The position numbers and the translations under genes were made by a program. Positions 30,124 through 40,362 of a stretch of DNA of 64,000 nt are shown here, piece after piece (positions within the stretch are counted from its first letter, which is position 1; every line of letters begins with the position of its first letter). The notes beneath the pieces are model-generated. The model worked only from the letters and a program-made list of their open reading frames with translations. It had not been told where the DNA came from and searched no databases. Source of the DNA: Candidatus Bathyarchaeia archaeon. GTDB taxonomy: Archaea; Thermoproteota; Bathyarchaeia; Bathyarchaeales; Bathycorpusculaceae. The DNA lies in contig JBEKSS010000001.1 of NCBI GenBank assembly GCA_049516875.1, positions 192,001-256,000 on the forward strand, in the 5' to 3' direction.

Positions 30124-32700
30124 TCAGATGCCATTATCGTATTTCGCTAGGGCTGCTACTTCGATGGGCACCACTTTTCTGTATACACACTCTGGTCTTC
30201 TTATGACCCCATCAACATTCAAGAGGTCTTTGACTTGTATTCCGAATGCTTTTTCGTTTTCTTTCAGCAACGGTAGGATTCTTTCCCAATCTTCTCTGGA
30301 AATTGTGCTGATTTTGCCGCCGTTGAGCTGTTCTTCGCCGACTGTTTCTCTAGGGTCTCTCAGGTATACAGCGCTTGCTGCAGCGAGGGGGAACAGGTTT
30401 CCGCCTTGGTAGGGGGTTTCTTGCTCTGTGATTTTTCCGTGGTCATCGAATGTCATTCCGTTTAGAATTGTAAATCCTCTCGCTGCCATGCAAGATTCGC
30501 CCATGTAATCTTTGCATGAACCATTGATTACAGCCGTAGCACTTCCGACGGAGTTGATCAATGGTCTGTCGATGAGATCGCCTAAAACGAACGTCACTCC
30601 ACCCTTAGCCCCGTATTCAAACGCTTTTCCCGCATCTCCATAGATTACCAGTTTTCCTGACTTGAAGCAATAAGCGACAGAGTCCTGAGCGCTTTCGTGC
30701 ACATAAAATTCTGGGCCGTCTGCGAAAGCAGCAAGGCAGTCGCCAGTTCTTCCGTATACGTCGATTCTGACTTTGTCTCTTGCAATCAGACCAGCTCCGA
30801 AATTTCTCTGTCCTCTGAAGTCATAGGCAATAAAGTTCGTCCAGCCTAGCTTGTAAGCTCTTTCAAGAAACCGGCATGTTCCTTCTTCTCCCTCGGGGTG
30901 AAATTCAGAGGCGTCTATGACGAGGGTTTGACCTGAGCGTATTGGACCTTTCAGCTCGTTTCTTGTTTCAAAGTTGATCAAACAGTAATTGCCATTTTTG
31001 TTGGATTCGGGGGAATGTACTGAATTGAAAATTCCGAAGAGTTTTTCTTCGAGTAGAGAGACGATGTCACTTCTTCTTTTGCTGCCAGTATCATATTTTC
31101 TGTCTATAAGCAGGGTGAGTGTCTCTATGACGACTGACTTCTCTTCATCACCTCTATCAGCGTATTTCCTCAGGGCATCTGCAAACGAACACACTTCGTC
31201 AAAATTCCAGTCTTCAATGTTCTTTGCAGCGTATACGAATAGATCGCCGGCTTTCGGTCTTTCTTTTAGTTTTTCATCAATGCTAGAAGATTGAGGTGGA
31301 TTATGACTGTTTGTTCTCTTGTAATGTTGCTGATGTTTTGGAGCTGAGAGGGGTTTCCCAAACTTATCCGTGCATAGGAGGTTCTTTGACTTGTCGATAG
31401 TGAAGACAAAAGCGCCACCATCAGTATAGCTTCCTCCTCTGGCGTACCAGTATAGGTCACACATTGGATAGAATCTTGAATCATACTCCGACAAACTCTG
31501 TACCATTGTATCTATTGCCTGTTTCTCAGAAGCTATGAATCCTATTTTTACCTCTCCTTCTTGGAGTGCAAAGACTTGTGGCCTTAACATTGAAGTGTCA
31601 GTTATGCCGATTAGCTGAAACTCGCTTCTGTAAGGATTATTTCGGGCAATGATGAAGAACCAGGGTCCATCGGGAGAATATTGAATGTGTGTTGCTTGGA
31701 CAGCCTTATAGATTTTCTTCTTACTTTCTGGAAGCATCGCAAAATCTCTTTCAGTCGTTGGTGCAATAGCCTCGATTGCGTATTCCAGTGGGTATCCATA
31801 AATCCTTGTGAGGAGATCCCAGTATAGGGCGGCAACCTCGGTGTCCGTCAAGAATAAGGGGAAAATGTCTCTTTGCCTCAGGTATTCTGTTATTGAATAA
31901 TAATTCGCAAAATCGCCATTGTGAACCAAGGCATCGTGCAAGCCTATGAATGGGTGGGAACCCCCAGGATGCCAGATTTTTCCTTTCGTCGGATATCTTT
32001 GATGCCCAATCCAGACATGGGCTTCAAGATCTTCAAGCTTATAATACCGGAGAACTTGCTCAGCATATCCCACAATCTTGAAAACGATGATATTTTTTCC
32101 GTGAGAAACAACGAACGCTTTCTTATCGCCTAGAGAAGCATAATATTTTTTGTTCAGAGCAAAACTGTTTCGATAGATGAACTCATCCTCTACTTTGCTT
32201 TGCTCGAGCCCTTCAAATCCATTCTTTTCAATGAATTGCCTTAATTTGTCTTCTTTTACTCGTACAAAATACCTCCAAACCTCTGGAGGTCTGACCTCTA
32301 GACCTATAGTTCTGTAGTTCTCAATCACTGGGACTTTTTCTGCGAGCTCAACGTTGAGGTAGGGGTTTACGAATTGAGATTCGACTTCCACTCTTGAGTT
32401 TGGGTCAATGTATGCTATCTGCATTAAGTAGTCTTCTTCTAACACCCTCTCTGAAACGCCCAGTTGCTTCGCAGAAAGACCGACCGCTGCTATACCGCCA
32501 CCTTTGCCGTTTCCTCTGTTATGCATCTGGATAAGTGGTTGCAGCAAGTGTCTTCCCTTTATTGGAACAGAACTAGCTACTCCAAGGACGCCGCATCCGC
32601 CCTCTGCCACGTTTTCATAAGTCGAATTGTTGGAGTGGTTGGCAGCACATTCTTTCCCTGAAACCATTGGACTTTGAGTGTTCCTGTCCAAAACTATCAC
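30124..32700 (-). CDS. Glutamate synthase subunit: class II glutamine amidotransferase plus C-terminal GXGXG domain
   Basis: EGGCGV (Ntn Cys after a propeptide), RGNGKGGG, HQRYPT, HPF, VHNGD, TDTE; C-terminal beta-helix. Confidence 0.88.
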   Translation of the reverse strand: MIVLDRNTQSPMVSGKECAANHSNNSTYENVAEGGCGVLGVASSVPIKGRHLLQPLIQMHNRGNGKGGGIAAVGLSAKQLGVSERVLEEDYLMQIAYIDPNSRVEVESQFVNPYLNVELAEKVPVIENYRTIGLEVRPPEVWRYFVRVKEDKLRQFIEKNGFEGLEQSKVEDEFIYRNSFALNKKYYASLGDKKAFVVSHGKNIIVFKIVGYAEQVLRYYKLEDLEAHVWIGHQRYPTKGKIWHPGGSHPFIGLHDALVHNGDFANYYSITEYLRQRDIFPLFLTDTEVAALYWDLLTRIYGYPLEYAIEAIAPTTERDFAMLPESKKKIYKAVQATHIQYSPDGPWFFIIARNNPYRSEFQLIGITDTSMLRPQVFALQEGEVKIGFIASEKQAIDTMVQSLSEYDSRFYPMCDLYWYARGGSYTDGGAFVFTIDKSKNLLCTDKFGKPLSAPKHQQHYKRTNSHNPPQSSSIDEKLKERPKAGDLFVYAAKNIEDWNFDEVCSFADALRKYADRGDEEKSVVIETLTLLIDRKYDTGSKRRSDIVSLLEEKLFGIFNSVHSPESNKNGNYCLINFETRNELKGPIRSGQTLVIDASEFHPEGEEGTCRFLERAYKLGWTNFIAYDFRGQRNFGAGLIARDKVRIDVYGRTGDCLAAFADGPEFYVHESAQDSVAYCFKSGKLVIYGDAGKAFEYGAKGGVTFVLGDLIDRPLINSVGSATAVINGSCKDYMGESCMAARGFTILNGMTFDDHGKITEQETPYQGGNLFPLAAASAVYLRDPRETVGEEQLNGGKISTISREDWERILPLLKENEKAFGIQVKDLLNVDGVIRRPECVYRKVVPIEVAALAKYDNGI

Positions 32701-34247
32701 CTCAAATGATCGAGATGCACCATGTTATTGAATCGGCCTTTTCTGAACTTCACTTCATCGTTGGGTCGAAGTTCTCGGATATTCTCTAGGTCAAGCTTCC
32801 TCAGAATATAGCTCCATTGTCTCTTCCATGAACTATAAAGGTTGATTATCCTTTGAGAACCCCAGTCTATGTCGATAAAATACTTAAGTGCTGGATCTGT
32901 CGTGGCTATACCAGATGGACAGCCTTTTCCTCTTTCACAGTTTTCACATCTTTTGCATCCTAGTGCAACTAGTTCCGCTGTTCCAATTACCGCTCCATCA
33001 GCTCCTAAGGCTATGGCCTTAGCGACGTCGAACGCCGTTCTTATCCCGCCGCTGGCCATTATTGTTATCTCGTCTCTGACTCCTTCTCTTACCAGATAAT
33101 TGTGGACAATCGGGATTGCGTATTCAACTGGCATAGCAATGTTTTTCTTGGCTATGTCAGGGGCTGCGCCTGTTCCGCCATACCCACCATCTATTTGTAG
33201 AATGTGAGCCCCTGCATAGTAACTTCCAATCGCTACCATATCAACATCCGTGGGAGTTGAAACTTTCACGGAAATCAAGGCTTGAGGATTCACATCTTCC
33301 ATTAATTGAACGTGCCTGTAGTGATCTTCCACAGAATAAACGTTATGAAAGGGGAATGGAGAAAACAAACTTATACAGGGAACTACTTCGCGTATCTTTG
33401 CAACATCAGGAGTGACCTTGTCAGCAAGCAAGTGTCCTCCTAAGCCGGGTTTCGCGCCCTGGGCGTATTTCAGGACTATGATCTTTGTTCTTTTGATAGT
33501 TTCAGCGTTCACCCCAAAGTGGCCAGTGGCAACTTGGGTTATGACGTGATTTTTGTATTGGATTAACTCGTCAGGATAGCCTCCCTCACCGGTGCTGGTG
33601 AAGGTGTTCCAAGCCTCTGCTGCTTTGGCTCTCGCGAGCATCACGTTCAAGCTTACGGAGCCAAAGGACATGTCCGCGCCGTAGACTGGTATAGGAATCT
33701 TGATTTCTGGCCGTCCATCTTTTCTCTTGTTCAGAATTATAGAAGTATCTCTGTTTTCTTCGCTGACAAGCTCATCTCCACAGATTTCTTTATCCTCTAA
33801 TTCAAAATCAAATCGTAGCTTGTCGAAGCCTCCTCCGGATTCCCCAATTTTGTACTCGTGTTCTTTTGATACCCTTCCGACTTCAGCCTGTTCCGAGGTG
33901 GACAATATCAAGTCAGCAGTCCATCGTAGGTCGCCGAGGGCAATGTACTGTGGGCTGAGTTCAACGGATAAAGCATTGTTTGGGCACTCATTCACGCATC
34001 GTTTACACGAAAGACCCGTACAAGAAACCTTGGGGACAGTTAGACGCAGATATCCATTCGGCTTTTTGTAGGCTTCATAATCTATCGGTGAAGCTCCTAT
34101 GTATGAAGGGCAGACTTCAGCGCAAATTCCACACATTGAACATTTGGACCTATCGATAATTACTTCATACTTTTCTATTGAGCCGGGATATTGGGAAGGT
34201 GCGGGTTTTATTTCTGGCGTTTGAAAAAGGAGTTCCTTCTGCATCAT
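32697..34247 (-). CDS. Glutamate synthase FMN-binding subunit with N-terminal ferredoxin
   Basis: MSFGS, TGEGG, QGAKPGLGGHL, GGTGAA, SGGIR, C..C..C....C. Confidence 0.92.
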   Translation of the reverse strand: MMQKELLFQTPEIKPAPSQYPGSIEKYEVIIDRSKCSMCGICAEVCPSYIGASPIDYEAYKKPNGYLRLTVPKVSCTGLSCKRCVNECPNNALSVELSPQYIALGDLRWTADLILSTSEQAEVGRVSKEHEYKIGESGGGFDKLRFDFELEDKEICGDELVSEENRDTSIILNKRKDGRPEIKIPIPVYGADMSFGSVSLNVMLARAKAAEAWNTFTSTGEGGYPDELIQYKNHVITQVATGHFGVNAETIKRTKIIVLKYAQGAKPGLGGHLLADKVTPDVAKIREVVPCISLFSPFPFHNVYSVEDHYRHVQLMEDVNPQALISVKVSTPTDVDMVAIGSYYAGAHILQIDGGYGGTGAAPDIAKKNIAMPVEYAIPIVHNYLVREGVRDEITIMASGGIRTAFDVAKAIALGADGAVIGTAELVALGCKRCENCERGKGCPSGIATTDPALKYFIDIDWGSQRIINLYSSWKRQWSYILRKLDLENIRELRPNDEVKFRKGRFNNMVHLDHLR

Positions 34248-35620
34248 TCTTTATCACCGAAGACTTTTGCTTCAAGATCCTCGTAGAACATCGCTCTGCC
34301 AACCTCGCCCGTTTGCCTTCTCACTTCCCGCAAGCCCATTCCTCCGAGCACTTCCAACAATTGGTCCCTCCATGCGCCGATGAGGTTCGTAATTCTCTGG
34401 GTTGCCAGTTCAACGTCTCCATTTTCCACATTCATCCTGCAGTCTTGGCTATGCATAGTTCCATAGCAAACTTTGCATCCAAGAGCAATTTGATATGCCA
34501 TTCCAACGGCGACAGCATTGGCTCCAAGAATTATGGATTTGGGAACATGAGCCGCCTCTGCTATTCCTCCACTAGAGATTAGAGTGATCTTGTCTCGATT
34601 GCGTTTATCAACGAGATATGAGTGAACAGAGCGGATAGCGTTTTTGATCGCGTCAGGATCTCGCTCAACAACTCCATCGTCAACGTGAAAATGAACGATA
34701 TCGCCTCCCATCCTTGCAATTGCATCCGCCCTTTCAGGAGCTTCCTTATCATAAGAAAAGTAGAAGGAGACTAACGCTGAAGGATTAGTCGCCTTGATCT
34801 TCTCCAAGTGATCTTTTATTTCGCCGCCCCTAAACTCAACTTCAACGATTTGCGATATTTTGACCAGATCTTCAAATTCGTCTATTTCGTCAGAGTTGAT
34901 TCTGGGTATTAGATTTGCTTCATAATGCGTCAGATCGGACGAATATTCTCTTGCGTTTACTATGGCAAAAGTCTTGAGTCCAGCTGCAGCCTTCGCCAAA
35001 GCTAGCTGGAGGTTCCTGTTTGTTCTGCAACCTAGCGGAGCATCGAAAATCATGGGTATCGGAATCTCTATAGTTCTGGGAACATTAGAAACCAGCTCCT
35101 CATTCTCATCAAATTCGAGGGATTGAAGTCTCCTTCCCAAGTCTACCGAAGTCGAAATATACTCTCTACCATGAATTCCATCCCTCGTTGGTCTGACTAT
35201 CTCTGAAAAATCGAGCCAGATGCTGTCAAAACCCTCTCCCGCAAAGGGGCCAGTATACCCAGCGCCAGAAACAGGAACCCTGCCGGTTTCTGCTTCAAAA
35301 TAGATTGTTTTTATTCTGTCTGGAGAGAAATAGGAATTTCCCAATTTTTCGAATTCAGGGTTGATTCCGATTGAGATGGCGCCTTTTGGACATTTCAAGA
35401 CGCACATGTAACACCCCCTGCACAAATCTTGTATGGGCTCTGCAATCTGACTATCCTCGCGCAACTCATGGACGCCATATATGCAAGCTTGGGTACATTC
35501 CTGAGCGTTTGTGCAGTTATTGTAGCGATTGACTATAAACTTTGGAGGCAACTTGATTTTTGGAGGGGCTTCTTCCACCTCTATGTGATATCTCTCGTAA
35601 TCGGCTTTCATTTGAAACAC
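34244..35620 (-). CDS. Glutamate synthase-related protein (ferredoxin plus degenerate FMN domain)
   Basis: CRGCYMC..CP, GRVPVSGAGY, VRPTRDGIHGRE, SGGIA; lacks QGAKPG. Confidence 0.85.
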   Translation of the reverse strand: MFQMKADYERYHIEVEEAPPKIKLPPKFIVNRYNNCTNAQECTQACIYGVHELREDSQIAEPIQDLCRGCYMCVLKCPKGAISIGINPEFEKLGNSYFSPDRIKTIYFEAETGRVPVSGAGYTGPFAGEGFDSIWLDFSEIVRPTRDGIHGREYISTSVDLGRRLQSLEFDENEELVSNVPRTIEIPIPMIFDAPLGCRTNRNLQLALAKAAAGLKTFAIVNAREYSSDLTHYEANLIPRINSDEIDEFEDLVKISQIVEVEFRGGEIKDHLEKIKATNPSALVSFYFSYDKEAPERADAIARMGGDIVHFHVDDGVVERDPDAIKNAIRSVHSYLVDKRNRDKITLISSGGIAEAAHVPKSIILGANAVAVGMAYQIALGCKVCYGTMHSQDCRMNVENGDVELATQRITNLIGAWRDQLLEVLGGMGLREVRRQTGEVGRAMFYEDLEAKVFGDKE

Positions 35621-35806
35621 CTAGCCTTCGAATCGTAGTTAGGAATTGTTCGTAGCTTAGTGCGTGTCATGTTGCTACCTGAATGTGCAAATTAATAATA
35701 TAGTGAAGTTTGAATGTACATATAAAAACTTTATTACCAGATTGAAAGACAAATGTTAAACAAAAGCCATGAATCTTGGATGAACGTGCAGTGGCGGTGT
35801 TTAAAC

Positions 35807-35950
35807 ATGCATCTGGACGAGACAGATGTCAAAACCTTGAAAGCGTTGACTGCGAAGGCTAGACTCTCATCAAGACAAGTTGACAAGCAGTGCGACATTT
35901 CAATCGGCACGACGCCAGACCAAAAAAGAGAGTTTATCGTCCAGAAGTAA
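35807..35950 (+). pseudogene. Truncated Lrp/AsnC regulator (HTH only)
   Basis: MHLDETDVKTLKALTAKARLSSRQVDKQCDISIGT then similarity stops just before the att-like repeat. Confidence 0.7.
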
Positions 35951-35981
35951 GTTGAAGGTGCGGGGGATGGGGTTTGAACCC
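35951..35981 (-). repeat. att site: 31-bp direct repeat of the tRNA-Leu(TAG) 3' end
   Basis: GTTGAAGGTGCGGGGGATGGGGTTTGAACCC is identical at 35951-35981 and 39215-39245. Confidence 0.9.
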
Positions 35982-36325
35982 GTCTCCGAGTGGCGATGTC
36001 TCCACAGTCTCCCGCAACTCCCCTCTTTTTCTGTCACTGTTACCTTTCAGCGAGGAGCATTTAAAACGCGCCCGATTCTGAAGGGTATCGTAACGCCGTG
36101 GGCACGTCGGACTGCGGCGCTATTGGACCTTTTTTCGTTCAAGATTTTTCGAACGAGTGCTGATGCTAATAGCTCAGCCGCCGGATACTCTGCATGAACA
36201 AGCGCCTGGGACATGAGACTTGCGAGAAACTGTTCGAGAAGCGAGGCTGGAAGTGGGCTCTTAGTCGTTTTGCTTTTGATGTTTGGGGTGACGGAAGCGA
36301 AGAAACGACTAGAATGTAAGCTAAA

Positions 36326-36538
36326 ATGAAGCTGGTTGATCGACTCGATAGAGTAGCCGAGCTTCGGAAGACAAACAGGACGAACATTGTCAGAAGCGCA
36401 TGCATCGCGTACCTAAGAAACACAGACATAGCCCCTAAGAGGAACGCTAGAGATAAGCAACAGGTGGAGCGGCATTGTGATTCAATCGCAGTTAATTGCG
36501 TGCGCTTCATACATAAACGAGGGTGTATTGGGGCTTAA
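36326..36538 (+). CDS. Ribbon-helix-helix (CopG-like) protein or remnant
   Basis: LVDRLDRVAELRKTNRTNIVRSACIAYL two-helix pattern. Confidence 0.5.
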   Translation: MKLVDRLDRVAELRKTNRTNIVRSACIAYLRNTDIAPKRNARDKQQVERHCDSIAVNCVRFIHKRGCIGA

Positions 36539-36638
36539 AACCGTCTACAAGTGACGGCGTCTCTCCATAAGGAACTTCCAAAGTCGATTCTCTCCACTTT
36601 ATTCTGCGAACGTGTGCATCATGAACCCACGATCGGTT

Positions 36639-37457
36639 CTACTTCCCGTCTTTTCCTCGCATTGAGTGAAAATGTTTTCTTTTGTAAGCTGTGATTACAA
36701 ACAGTGTTGCTATCATGAATAGTAACAGAATCATTATTGAAGGAAACTCTGGAACTACGGTATAAGGCGTGCCGTTCGCAGATGTTGCACTATTCCCATG
36801 ATAATCCCAGGCAACTATTCTGAAACTCACGTAGGTGCCGTTAGGCTGCCCTGGAACCGTTCCGCTGTAAGAGAGGAGCAACGAGTCTTTTGGGTACACG
36901 GTTAGATTGAGGTCCATCGGCACATTAACCCAGTCTGTACCGTTGTTCAGATTGTACTGCAGAGTTGCATTCTGCACTCCGGACCCCACATCGGAAACTA
37001 CAGCTGAGGCAATCACGCTCTGGTTGTCGCTCACGTTTCCTGAAGGAGTTCTTGTTATACTGTCAATACTCGGCAGGATAGTAAAACTTCCGTTGTTCGG
37101 GCCCAAGTAGGCTACAAACCCGTTCGTTGACAAATAATCTGCATATTCAACTGTTATCCTAGGTGTGACCAACGCTGCTTCTGATATTAAGTCGTTAGAA
37201 GAGCTCAATCCACGTTCAATGTTGAAGTCTGCATACTCCATCACTATTCTTTGAGTCACATTTCCAGCTACGCTAACAAGACCTGAGGAATACGCAGTGA
37301 CATTGGTCGAATTGTAGTCAGCACCTTGAATAACAATGCCTTGATCTGCAGCAATTGCTTGCCTGAAGGAGAAAGCCAGCATGGTCGTCGCTGACAAAAG
37401 AAACAGAGCTATGCATGCTACAGCCAAGGGCTTTCTCATCAATTTCGGTTCACTCAA
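36639..37457 (-). CDS. Secreted surface protein with PEF-CTERM-like sorting signal
   Basis: N-terminal signal peptide, Ig-like beta region, VVPEFPS + TM + KRK tail. Confidence 0.8.
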   Translation of the reverse strand: MSEPKLMRKPLAVACIALFLLSATTMLAFSFRQAIAADQGIVIQGADYNSTNVTAYSSGLVSVAGNVTQRIVMEYADFNIERGLSSSNDLISEAALVTPRITVEYADYLSTNGFVAYLGPNNGSFTILPSIDSITRTPSGNVSDNQSVIASAVVSDVGSGVQNATLQYNLNNGTDWVNVPMDLNLTVYPKDSLLLSYSGTVPGQPNGTYVSFRIVAWDYHGNSATSANGTPYTVVPEFPSIMILLLFMIATLFVITAYKRKHFHSMRGKDGK

Positions 37458-37463
37458 TGATAT

Positions 37464-38333
37464 TTATCCTTCTTGATAGGCTAGCACCAAGCAGACACCA
37501 TCAGCTTCAGCACCATAATCACGGTACCACACGTTATGGACGTCGGGAGCTACAGTCAGCAAGGTTGAAAGTTTTCCGTAGATTGTCTGAGTGTGTACAA
37601 TCTCGTACAGATGTAGTTGGTCGATATAGAAATCTGATTCAGCACTGTTTCTTGCATAGCAAGACCAAGATTCCTCCCAAAAGGTGAATCCGGTCGCAGG
37701 AAGCGTAACATTGAAACCTCTAATAACATTGCCCAACTGAGCCTTAACTATAAGCATGAACTTGTTCGCACTGGGATACGCAAAATCGTAGTATTGCGCA
37801 CCTGCCGTGCTCGCGCTGTAGGCATCAGCGATCTTCTTCAAGCCTTGTTGGAGCTTGTTCCCCGTAAATTGAATTCCGTTCCACCAACTCCAATCTATTA
37901 TTTTGCTAACTGGCTCAGATTTGAGGTAATAGACCACGATCCAACCAGTCTTGTGAACAAAACAGTGAGCATCTTCGGTGGGTTCTAAGGTCCCAGTAGA
38001 GTTTGGAATGGATATGGAGCCAATCACATAGTCAGATGTGTTAGATTCAATAGTTCTAAATGGAGGAAGCTGGGACAAGTCAAGCGACATCCCCGCGTTC
38101 ATGTAAATTGATATTCCCGCCTGATCTTCCAGAAACGTGGTCGCTGAGGCCACGCTCGCTGCAAATGCAGGACGTACCAGAAAGAGACCTTGTCCATTTC
38201 CAGTTGACGCATCATTTTGCAATCCGCTATTTCTCGAATACACGTACAATCCTAAACAAAGCATTAAAGTTGTCACTATCAATATGCTTGCTTTCACTTT
38301 ATTGTTTCTGGGCTTCACACTTAATCCTTCCAT
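37464..38333 (-). CDS. Secreted/membrane-anchored protein of unknown function
   Basis: N-terminal hydrophobic helix, 289 aa. Confidence 0.75.
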   Translation of the reverse strand: MEGLSVKPRNNKVKASILIVTTLMLCLGLYVYSRNSGLQNDASTGNGQGLFLVRPAFAASVASATTFLEDQAGISIYMNAGMSLDLSQLPPFRTIESNTSDYVIGSISIPNSTGTLEPTEDAHCFVHKTGWIVVYYLKSEPVSKIIDWSWWNGIQFTGNKLQQGLKKIADAYSASTAGAQYYDFAYPSANKFMLIVKAQLGNVIRGFNVTLPATGFTFWEESWSCYARNSAESDFYIDQLHLYEIVHTQTIYGKLSTLLTVAPDVHNVWYRDYGAEADGVCLVLAYQEG

Positions 38334-38641
38334 TGTTCATTCAAAATTGAAGTCCTGTTAAGATCAAATTGATTTTTAAGACTTGCGGTAGAAGCAACTG
38401 AACCGTGTTTTGAGTGGAATATACGTCTCTTTGACAGGCGCTCAATACGGATAAAGTGTGAAAGCTTAAAAGCAGATTCTAGCCGAGTCTAATCATAGGA
38501 CCTGCGGGCTCATTTCTCGAATATTCTGTAGCTGCGTCCTCCAACAAGAGAGGTTAACGTGGCAGTAGACGCGGTTTTTGATGAGGCACAAGCGTAGTGA
38601 GGCTTCACAGCAGAGACGATTCATCAAACGGTTGGTTATGT

Positions 38642-38905
38642 GCGCGCAAAAGACTTATGAAAATCTACGGTCTAGTCAGAACTTACCGTCTTGACTGCGT
38701 TGAACAGAACGTCGCATGGGCAAGCAGCCTGGTCAACTATTTTGAGCAGAAGGCTTCCGCAGGCACGGTTCTCGCATTCACAAGCGACCTTTCCGTTAGA
38801 GCGGTCATTAGCACAAACGTATACATTACAGGGGTCAATTTCACCGCCGAAAACATAGGGACCCAGAACATAAGAAACTTCACGCTTGCTCTCCAGGAAG
38901 CCTAG
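38642..38905 (+). pseudogene. 3' gene fragment, possibly of viral origin
   Basis: Open, protein-like frame from GCGCGC at 38642 to a stop just before GCGCGCGC at 38907; lies inside the island; viral origin is inference. Confidence 0.35.
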
Positions 38906-38914
38906 AGCGCGCGC

Positions 38915-39184
38915 TTAATCAAGCAGATAAGCTTCAAGACACTGCGACATTGGAAAGCTACTATGGAGTATCAGCGAACAAAAGACATTCTTCACGTCAT
39001 GAACGTACTCGGCCACAAGAACATCAAGAACACCCTTATCTACACGCACATGGTGAACTTGGAAGGCGACGAATACGTCTCAAAAGCCGCATGGAACCTC
39101 GAAGAAGCATGCAAGCTTGTGGACGATGGCTTCGACTACGTGACAGACATGGAAGGAGTCAAACTCTTCAGAAAACGCAAGTAA
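38915..39184 (+). pseudogene. Tyrosine integrase C-terminal fragment
   Basis: LIKQISFKTLRHWKATMEY...LGHKNIKNTLIYTH with catalytic R, H and Y; N-terminal part missing. Confidence 0.9.
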
Positions 39185-39222
39185 CATGCATTAGGGGGGT
39201 TCATCCAAAAACATGTTGAAGG

Positions 39223-39364
39223 TGCGGGGGATGGGGTTTGAACCCATGCAGCCCTACGGCAACAGGTTTCTTAAAACGGTGTCTGTTCCAACCAAACTGG
39301 TTTTTCTTTTCTGGGCAACGTTTTCCTAAGCCTGTCTCCTTTGGCCAAACTCGGACACCCCCGC
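39223..39364 (-). tRNA. tRNA-Leu(TAG) with 57-nt canonical 37/38 intron (39258-39314)
   Basis: GCGGGGG/CCCCCGC acceptor, ACAGG-CTTAGG^intron^A-CCTGT, long variable arm; BHB with CTTA/TAAG central helix. Confidence 0.93.
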
Positions 39365-39511
39365 GGATTGAGAGGGGTTCAGATGCTGAATCAGTATCTT
39401 CTTTTATATTTGTTTGGTCTTCCAAGGATGACATCCTAGTTTTGGTCTTCCTAAGGGTTATATTTGCTCAAATATCTATAATCAAATGGCAACAGCTCGG
39501 AGAAAGGCGAA

Positions 39512-40135
39512 GTGATTATGAAAAAAAAGTATAGTCAGCATAAAAGACAAGGAATAATTCGCGACCCCAAAGTCGAGAGAAAAGATTTGAAAGACACTGA
39601 GATGGCGCTTGTCTCAGAACTGATCAAGAACTCTAGAAGAAGTGACAGAGAACTCGCGAGGGCCATTGGAGTCTCCCAGCCGACAGTGAGCAGGATGATT
39701 AGGAAGCTGGAGAAAGAAGGAATTATAAACGAATACACTATGATACCCGATTTCAGAAAACTGGGGTATAATCTATGTGCGTTCATTTTCTTTAGACTGA
39801 AAGCTCCCATCGCCCCAGAGAGGATTAAATGGGCAAGAGAAGCCACAGCAGAAAGGTTGAGTCAGACTCCGTTTGTAATTCTGTTGCTTGAGAGAGGGAT
39901 AGGCTTAGACCGCGAAGCTGTGATGATCTGCCTCTACAAGGACTACGCATCGTATACTGAGCACAGAAACATAATTAGGGAATTCCCATTCCTCGTTCCT
40001 TCAGATGTCGATAGTTTTCTAATAGATCTTAACGACGAGGTCCATTATCGATACCTAACCTTCGCAAGCGTAGCCAAAGATCTCTTAAGATCAATAGACA
40101 AAGGGAATAGCCCTACAAGAAAAGAGGGTCCCTGA
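39512..40135 (+). CDS. Lrp/AsnC family transcriptional regulator
   Basis: KNSRRSDRELARAIGVSQPTVSR..KLEKEG.I..YT.IPDF.KLG. Confidence 0.9.
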   Translation: MIMKKKYSQHKRQGIIRDPKVERKDLKDTEMALVSELIKNSRRSDRELARAIGVSQPTVSRMIRKLEKEGIINEYTMIPDFRKLGYNLCAFIFFRLKAPIAPERIKWAREATAERLSQTPFVILLLERGIGLDREAVMICLYKDYASYTEHRNIIREFPFLVPSDVDSFLIDLNDEVHYRYLTFASVAKDLLRSIDKGNSPTRKEGP

Positions 40136-40196
40136 ACAGCGACTTCAAATAGAAAACTCTAAATTTCAAAGAATCTTCTTCAGGAGGAGGGTCTAC

Positions 40197-40273
40197 GCCT
40201 CGGTAGCCTAGCCCGGTGGGGCTCCGCCTTGGTAAGGCGGGGGTCGCGGGTTCGAATCCCGCCCGAGGCTCCA
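40197..40273 (+). tRNA. tRNA-Thr(GGT)
   Basis: GCCTCGG/CCGAGGC acceptor, CCGCC-TTGGTAA-GGCGG, TTCGAAT loop, encoded CCA. Confidence 0.95.
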
Positions 40274-40362
40274 CGGAAGCTTCTTTCGTGAAAGAAACTT
40301 TCAAGAGAGCACGCGCGCAGATTTATCTACACCTTGAGAATCATGAAATACAGGGATGTTGG

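Larger units (their letters stand above)
35951..39245. mobile_element. Decayed integrative element inserted in tRNA-Leu(TAG)
   Basis: Bounded by 31-bp direct repeats; contains tyrosine integrase C-terminus, RHH remnant and two secreted-protein genes. Confidence 0.8.

Noticed and set aside
40216-40362. N-terminal extension of the GNAT ORF; also ORFs 39201-39434, 39238-39534 and 50950-51189
   Set aside because: They overlap tRNA genes and are spurious translations.
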